From positions 133,165-197,164 of the forward strand of contig JBAZJY010000001.1 in NCBI GenBank assembly GCA_041651115.1: a DNA stretch of 64,000 nucleotides, read 5' to 3'. This document shows positions 59,316 to 64,000 of this stretch, in pieces. Source of the DNA: Candidatus Omnitrophota bacterium. GTDB lineage: Bacteria; Omnitrophota; Gorgyraeia; Gygaellales; Profunditerraquicolaceae. A program made the translations under genes and the position numbers. The notes beneath the pieces are model-generated. The model was not told the origin of the DNA. It did not search any database and was given only the letters and a program-made list of their open reading frames with translations. Numbering within the stretch: position 1 is the first letter of the stretch; the number at the start of each line of letters is the position of its first letter.

Positions 59316-59747
59316 ATGAAAAAGACCTACTTAGTAAAGAATTCCGATATTAAAAGAACCTGGTATATTATTGACGCCAAAAATAAGATCCTGGGCAGGA
59401 TTGCCAGCAAGGCTGCGGCGATCTTAAGAGGTAAGCATAAGGCGGTTTTTACGCCGTCACGGGATACCGGAGATGGAGTCGTGATTATTAACGCCTCCAT
59501 GGTTAAAGTGACCGGCAGGAAGCTGAAGCAGAAGGTATACCGGCGTTATTCAGGATATCCCGGCGGTTTGAGGGAAGTTACCCTGGAAAACATGCTGGCA
59601 AAGCGGCCGACAACCGTGATCAAGCTTGCCGTAAGGCGTATGCTTCCCGGAGGGCCGTTAGGCAGGGATACGATCAAGAAATTAAAGGTTTATGCCGATG
59701 ATAAACATCCGCATAAAGCGCAGAACCCGGTTTTATTGGAGATATAA
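59316..59747 (+). CDS. rplM: 50S ribosomal protein L13
   Basis: typical L13 sequence [16 protein letters not shown]. Confidence 0.95.
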   Translation: MKKTYLVKNSDIKRTWYIIDAKNKILGRIASKAAAILRGKHKAVFTPSRDTGDGVVIINASMVKVTGRKLKQKVYRRYSGYPGGLREVTLENMLAKRPTTVIKLAVRRMLPGGPLGRDTIKKLKVYADDKHPHKAQNPVLLEI

Positions 59748-59752
59748 TTAAA

Positions 59753-60148
59753 ATGAGCGACAAAGTAAAATTTTCATGTGTTGGAAGGCGTAAAGAAGCG
59801 GTTGCGAGAGTTATGCTTTCGCCCGGGGCGGGAAATATCATGGTTAACGGACTTACGTCGGACAAATACTTTATCAGAGAAACTGATCGGATCATTGTCA
59901 GGCAGCCGCTGGTAGCGACCAACAGCGTATCCAAATACGATGTAGTTGCCAACATCAGGGGCGGCGGGCTTACCGGACAGGCAGGCGCGCTGCGTCATGG
60001 CATTTCCCGCGCGTTGATCTCGGTTGACCCGGAGTTAAAGGAAATCCTGCGTAAGCAGGGTTTTCTTACCCGCGACCCGCGTATGAAAGAGCGCAAGAAG
60101 TACGGCCAGAAGGGGGCACGCAAACGGTTCCAGTGGACCAAGAGGTAA
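59753..60148 (+). CDS. rpsI: 30S ribosomal protein S9
   Basis: [11 protein letters not shown]-terminus and C-terminal [11 protein letters not shown]. Confidence 0.95.
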   Translation: MSDKVKFSCVGRRKEAVARVMLSPGAGNIMVNGLTSDKYFIRETDRIIVRQPLVATNSVSKYDVVANIRGGGLTGQAGALRHGISRALISVDPELKEILRKQGFLTRDPRMKERKKYGQKGARKRFQWTKR

Positions 60149-60179
60149 ACTAGATTAAATCTTAACATAGAGCACAAAG

Positions 60180-60216
60180 AAATCCCGCTTCCAGCCGAAG
60201 CGGGATTTTTCTTTTA
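60180..60216 (+). terminator. intrinsic terminator after rpsI (aatcccgcttc cagcc gaagcgggatt + T-run)
   Basis: 11-bp stem plus TTTTTCTTTT. Confidence 0.75.
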
Positions 60217-60226
60217 TAAGCGCTAT

Positions 60227-60407
60227 GATTTTGCGTCTGCCTTGTCTTGCTTTTCGCAGGGACGCTCGCCCCGCCCAGCGTGCGGGGCTTCGCTCGGAAG
60301 TCGGCTTTCGCTCTCCCCGCCGTTGTTGGAGACAAACGGCGAGGATCCATGCCCGCTCAAGCCTCCTACGCCCTGCTCAAAGCAAAACAAGTCAGCCGCA
60401 AAATCAT
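60227..60407. repeat. 181-nt GC-rich structured repeat module, second copy (93% identical to 41933-42113)
   Basis: 13 substitutions over 181 nt; same internal hairpins as the copy at 41.9 kb. Confidence 0.7.
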
Positions 60408-60514
60408 TAAGCAATAAATCGGCGTCGGGCGGCCGACGAGAAAATACTTGCTTGATAATAAATTTTATGATAGTCTAAATAAGCTTTACCGTCTCAACAA
60501 TACGGGGGAATAAA

Positions 60515-61540
60515 ATGGTAATAAATGCGGGAATTATCGGCGCGACCGGGCATACCGGCGAAGAGTTGATTGATATTTTATTAAAGCATCCCAATGTGCG
60601 CATTGCCGGGCTTTACAATACCAGTGATGAGCCGCAGATAATCTCGGAAGTTTTTTCCAGGTTCAAGGGCCGCATCGACGCCGTATGCAGGAAAGCCGAC
60701 GTTAAAGAGATCGCCGGAAAATGCGACGTAGTATTTTTAGCGCTGCCGCATACGGTCTCCATGTCTTTTGCGCCGAAGCTGCTTGCCGCGGGCAAGCGGG
60801 TCATTGACCTTAGCGCCGATTACCGGCTTACCAGCCCCGTAGTATATGAAAAGTTTTATAAGGTTGCGCATAAGGATAAAGCGCATTTGAAAGAGGCGGT
60901 ATACGGCCTGCCCGAGCTGCACCGGGAAAAGATAAAAAAAGCGCAATTAGTTGCTAATCCCGGATGCTATCCGACGGCGGCGATATTGGCGCTTGCCCCG
61001 GCAGTTGCCTTAAACCTGATTGATTTGGGCACAATAATCATTGATGCAAAATCCGGGGTCAGCGGAGCCGGTAAGAAACTGGTCAAAGACCTTTTGTTTT
61101 TAGAAGCCAATGAAGATTTTAAGGCATATAAAGTAAATGTTCATCAGCATATGCCGGAGATCGAGCAGGGGCTGGAGAAGCTTGCGGCTAAAAAGATAAG
61201 CGTTACATTTGTGCCGCACCTGCTGCCGATTAACCGGGGGATATTAGAAACGATATACGCCAAAAAATCGCAGAAGGCAGGCCAAAAAGCACAGAGCCTG
61301 ATCGAACTGTATAAAAAGTTCTATAAGGATGAGCCGTTCGTGCGGGTCAAGAAAGAAGGGGAATTCCCGCGGATAAAAGATGTAGCGGGGACAAATTTTT
61401 GCGATATCGGTATAAAAGAAGAAGGCGAGAAAATAATCATTATTTCTGCAATAGATAACCTGCTTAAGGGAGCCGGCGGACAGGCAGTGCAGAATATGAA
61501 CATCATGTATAACTTTCCGGAGAAGGCGGGTTTGCAATGA
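60515..61540 (+). CDS. argC: N-acetyl-gamma-glutamyl-phosphate reductase
   Basis: IIGATGHTGEEL N-terminus, active-site ANPGCYPT. Confidence 0.9.
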   Translation: MVINAGIIGATGHTGEELIDILLKHPNVRIAGLYNTSDEPQIISEVFSRFKGRIDAVCRKADVKEIAGKCDVVFLALPHTVSMSFAPKLLAAGKRVIDLSADYRLTSPVVYEKFYKVAHKDKAHLKEAVYGLPELHREKIKKAQLVANPGCYPTAAILALAPAVALNLIDLGTIIIDAKSGVSGAGKKLVKDLLFLEANEDFKAYKVNVHQHMPEIEQGLEKLAAKKISVTFVPHLLPINRGILETIYAKKSQKAGQKAQSLIELYKKFYKDEPFVRVKKEGEFPRIKDVAGTNFCDIGIKEEGEKIIIISAIDNLLKGAGGQAVQNMNIMYNFPEKAGLQ

Positions 61541-62676
61541 AATTTTATAATAAAGCGGTCTTGCCGCAGGGTTTTCAGGCTAATGGCGTTGCTTGCGGGG
61601 TAAAAAAAAGCGGCAAGCTGGACCTTGCCCTGATCTATTCAGGGCTGCCGGCTTTGGCTGCAATAATGTCCACTACTAACGATATTCCCGCAGCGCCGAT
61701 TATCGTAAACGCCGCGCATCTAAAAAGAGCGAAAAAATTTCATGCGATCATCGCCAACAGCGGCAATGCCAATGCGTTTTGCGGCAAAGCAGGCGTTACG
61801 GCGGCCCAGCGGATGGCTGAAGCAGCTGCCGGAGCGTTAAGCATTCAAAAGGAAAGCGTGCTTGTTGCTTCTACGGGCATTATCGGAAAGCAGCTGCCGG
61901 TTGAAAAGGTTGAAACTGCCGCGCATGAGTTGGCAGCAGGCTTGGCAAAAAACGGCATAACGAAAGCGGCAAAGGCGATCATGACTACCGATAAATTTCT
62001 CAAAGCGGCCACGGTGAAATTCAATATCGCTGCAAAACCAATCACGGTTTGCGCCGTGGCAAAGGGCGCGGGCATGATCTCGCCTGATATGGCTACGATG
62101 TTAGTTTTCATACTTACGGACGCGGTTATTTCTCCGGGTGTTCTTTCGGCCGCGCTAAGGACAGCCGTAAAAAATACTTTTAACTCTATAACCGTTGACG
62201 GATGTATGAGCACAAATGATACTGTTATTTGCCTGGCAAATCAGGCAGCCGCTAACCGGCAGGTTAAGTCCGGTAAAGGCCTGGGATTATTTTTAGCGGC
62301 GCTGGAAATGGTCTGCCTTGACCTGGCAAAAAAGATCGTCCGCGACGGCGAAGGCGCAAGTAAACTTATCCATATCCGGGTGTGCGGGGCAAAACAATCG
62401 GCGCAAGCCAGGAAGATCGCCTTAAGCATTGCCAACTCTAATTTATTTAAGACGGCAATGTTCGCTTCCAGCCCGAATGTCAGGGGCAGGATCGTTGCTG
62501 CTGCCGGGGCCGGACAAACAGGAATAAAAGAAAACGAACTAAAGATCAGCTTTAGCCCTTTGCATAAAAAGGCAGTTGAGATCAAGGTTTCGGTAGGCAG
62601 GGGCAAGGCCTGCGCAGAGGTTTATACTTCGGACCTTACGCATAAATACATTAAGATAAACGCGGAATATAACTAA
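61537..62676 (+). CDS. argJ: bifunctional ornithine acetyltransferase / N-acetylglutamate synthase
   Basis: self-cleavage/nucleophile site ATMLVFILTD. Confidence 0.9.
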   Translation: MKFYNKAVLPQGFQANGVACGVKKSGKLDLALIYSGLPALAAIMSTTNDIPAAPIIVNAAHLKRAKKFHAIIANSGNANAFCGKAGVTAAQRMAEAAAGALSIQKESVLVASTGIIGKQLPVEKVETAAHELAAGLAKNGITKAAKAIMTTDKFLKAATVKFNIAAKPITVCAVAKGAGMISPDMATMLVFILTDAVISPGVLSAALRTAVKNTFNSITVDGCMSTNDTVICLANQAAANRQVKSGKGLGLFLAALEMVCLDLAKKIVRDGEGASKLIHIRVCGAKQSAQARKIALSIANSNLFKTAMFASSPNVRGRIVAAAGAGQTGIKENELKISFSPLHKKAVEIKVSVGRGKACAEVYTSDLTHKYIKINAEYN

Positions 62677-62693
62677 CAGGCAGAAAGGGAAAA

Positions 62694-63548
62694 ATGGAAG
62701 CAGCGATCAAAAAGGCAGATGTTTTAATTGAGGCGCTGCCTTATATAAAGAAGTTCCATAAAAAAATAATCGTGATCAAGTATGGCGGCAGCATCCTTGG
62801 CGATGACAAGATCAGGAAAGGCGTGCTAGAGGACATTGTTTTTCTTAATTTTATGGGTTTAAGGCCGGTGCTGGTGCACGGCGGAGGCCCGAACATCAGC
62901 GACCGCATGCGCACTTCCGGCAAGAAAACGGAATTTGTGGACGGCATGCGCGTGACTGACGCGGATACGCTGGCAATGGTAGAAGAGGAGCTGCAGAAAT
63001 TAAACAGCCTTATCGTCAATGAAATATCCGAAATGGGCGCTTCTGCCATGGGGTTAAACGGCAAGAACGATCACCTGATACAGACGGAAAAGAAAAAAGC
63101 GAAGATTGACTTAGGCTTGGTCGGCCATATCATCGGGATCAATACCGAGCCGGTCATGGCGGCGATCAGGCAAGACCAGATCCCGGTGCTTCTGCCGATG
63201 GGAAAGGGCGCGGATAAAAAAACTTATAATGTAAATGCCGACGAAGCAGCGGCGAGCATTGCCGCTGCTTTAAAGGCGGAAAAAATGGTCCTTTTGACGA
63301 ACGTAAAAGGCATTATGCGCAATGCCGAAGACCCGAACTCTTTTATCTCCGCGCTTACCATTAGTGACGCGCAGGCGCTTACGCAGGACAAGGTAATACA
63401 GCAGGGGATGATCCCCAAGGTTGCTGCCTGTGTTGAAGCTTTAAAAAACGGGGTCAAAAAAACGCACGTCATTGACGCGCGCATTTCCCACGGCCTGCTT
63501 TTGGAAATATTTACCGATAAGGGCGTGGGCACGGAAATCACCAAATAG
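62694..63548 (+). CDS. argB: acetylglutamate kinase
   Basis: IVIKYGGS and LVHGGGP amino-acid-kinase motifs. Confidence 0.9.
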   Translation: MEAAIKKADVLIEALPYIKKFHKKIIVIKYGGSILGDDKIRKGVLEDIVFLNFMGLRPVLVHGGGPNISDRMRTSGKKTEFVDGMRVTDADTLAMVEEELQKLNSLIVNEISEMGASAMGLNGKNDHLIQTEKKKAKIDLGLVGHIIGINTEPVMAAIRQDQIPVLLPMGKGADKKTYNVNADEAAASIAAALKAEKMVLLTNVKGIMRNAEDPNSFISALTISDAQALTQDKVIQQGMIPKVAACVEALKNGVKKTHVIDARISHGLLLEIFTDKGVGTEITK

Positions 63549-63549
63549 A

Positions 63550-64000
63550 ATGAAAATAGAAGAAATTTTTGACGCTTATAAAAATTACATAATGCCGACT
63601 TATACGAAATACCCTTTGGTTTTCGTGAAAGGCAAAGGCAGCCGGCTCTGGGATGTTCACGGCAAGGAATATCTTGATTTCTTCCCGGGCTGGGGCGTAT
63701 GCAATCTCGGGCATTGCCATCCTAAGGTTACGCAGGCGATGCGGGACCAGGCAGGCAAGCTGATATTCATCCCCAATAATTATTATCACATTAATCAGGC
63801 AGCCTTGGCAAAAGAGCTGGTTTACCGGTCATTTCCGGCAAAAGTATTTTTTTGTAATTCCGGGGCAGAGGCGAATGAAGCGGCAATAAAGTTCTCGAGG
63901 AGATTTGGCAAGGGAAGGTTTGAAATAATCACTTTCGAGAACTCATTTCACGGCCGCACTTTGGCCGCGCTTGCTGCTACAGGCCAAAATAAATATCAGG
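63550..64000 (+). CDS. argD: acetylornithine aminotransferase, 3'-truncated by window edge
   Basis: ATG 63550; class III aminotransferase N-terminus (FFPGWGVCNLGHCHP, NSGAEANEAAIK); open to the end of the window. Confidence 0.75.
   Translation, partial: MKIEEIFDAYKNYIMPTYTKYPLVFVKGKGSRLWDVHGKEYLDFFPGWGVCNLGHCHPKVTQAMRDQAGKLIFIPNNYYHINQAALAKELVYRSFPAKVFFCNSGAEANEAAIKFSRRFGKGRFEIITFENSFHGRTLAALAATGQNKYQ

Overview
This 64-kb window is bacterial, about 45-50% GC. Every gene I can support lies on the + strand. From start to end: the tail of the mrdA gene followed by rodA (mrdA-rodA, cell elongation), then a B12/radical-SAM enzyme. Next comes a c-di-GMP-themed locus: a degenerate GGDEF-GAF protein, a standalone MshEN-domain protein, two GspE/PilB-type ATPases, an HD-GYP response regulator and a PilC/GspF platform protein. 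A complete rRNA operon follows (16S, tRNA-Ile, tRNA-Ala, 23S, 5S); its 23S gene carries a 366-nt ORF-less group I intron at E. coli-equivalent position U2500/C2501. A variable accessory region then runs from about 18.3 to 26.8 kb. It holds an EF-hand secreted protein, an ORF6N protein, an AT-rich islet of ORFan membrane proteins that share an upstream motif, a prepilin-like peptide, a methyltransferase, Smr (with its 3' end duplicated downstream of a 1.7-kb cassette) and a PEP-CTERM protein. After that come redox and sulfur genes (ferredoxin-nitroreductase, persulfide dioxygenase-rhodanese, MsrBA), MEDS and PilZ proteins, dusB and recG. A second, specialised FAS/type-II-PKS-like gene set follows; one of its two ketosynthases has lost both catalytic histidines. 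The remainder is housekeeping: rsmD-coaD-yceD-rpmF-plsX-fabH-(TMTC-like TPR membrane protein)-fabD-fabG-acpP-fabF, leuCDB, asd, truA, rplM-rpsI and argCJBD. Several structured intergenic repeat families are present. No CRISPR array was seen. All domain calls come from my reading of the translations; no searches were run.
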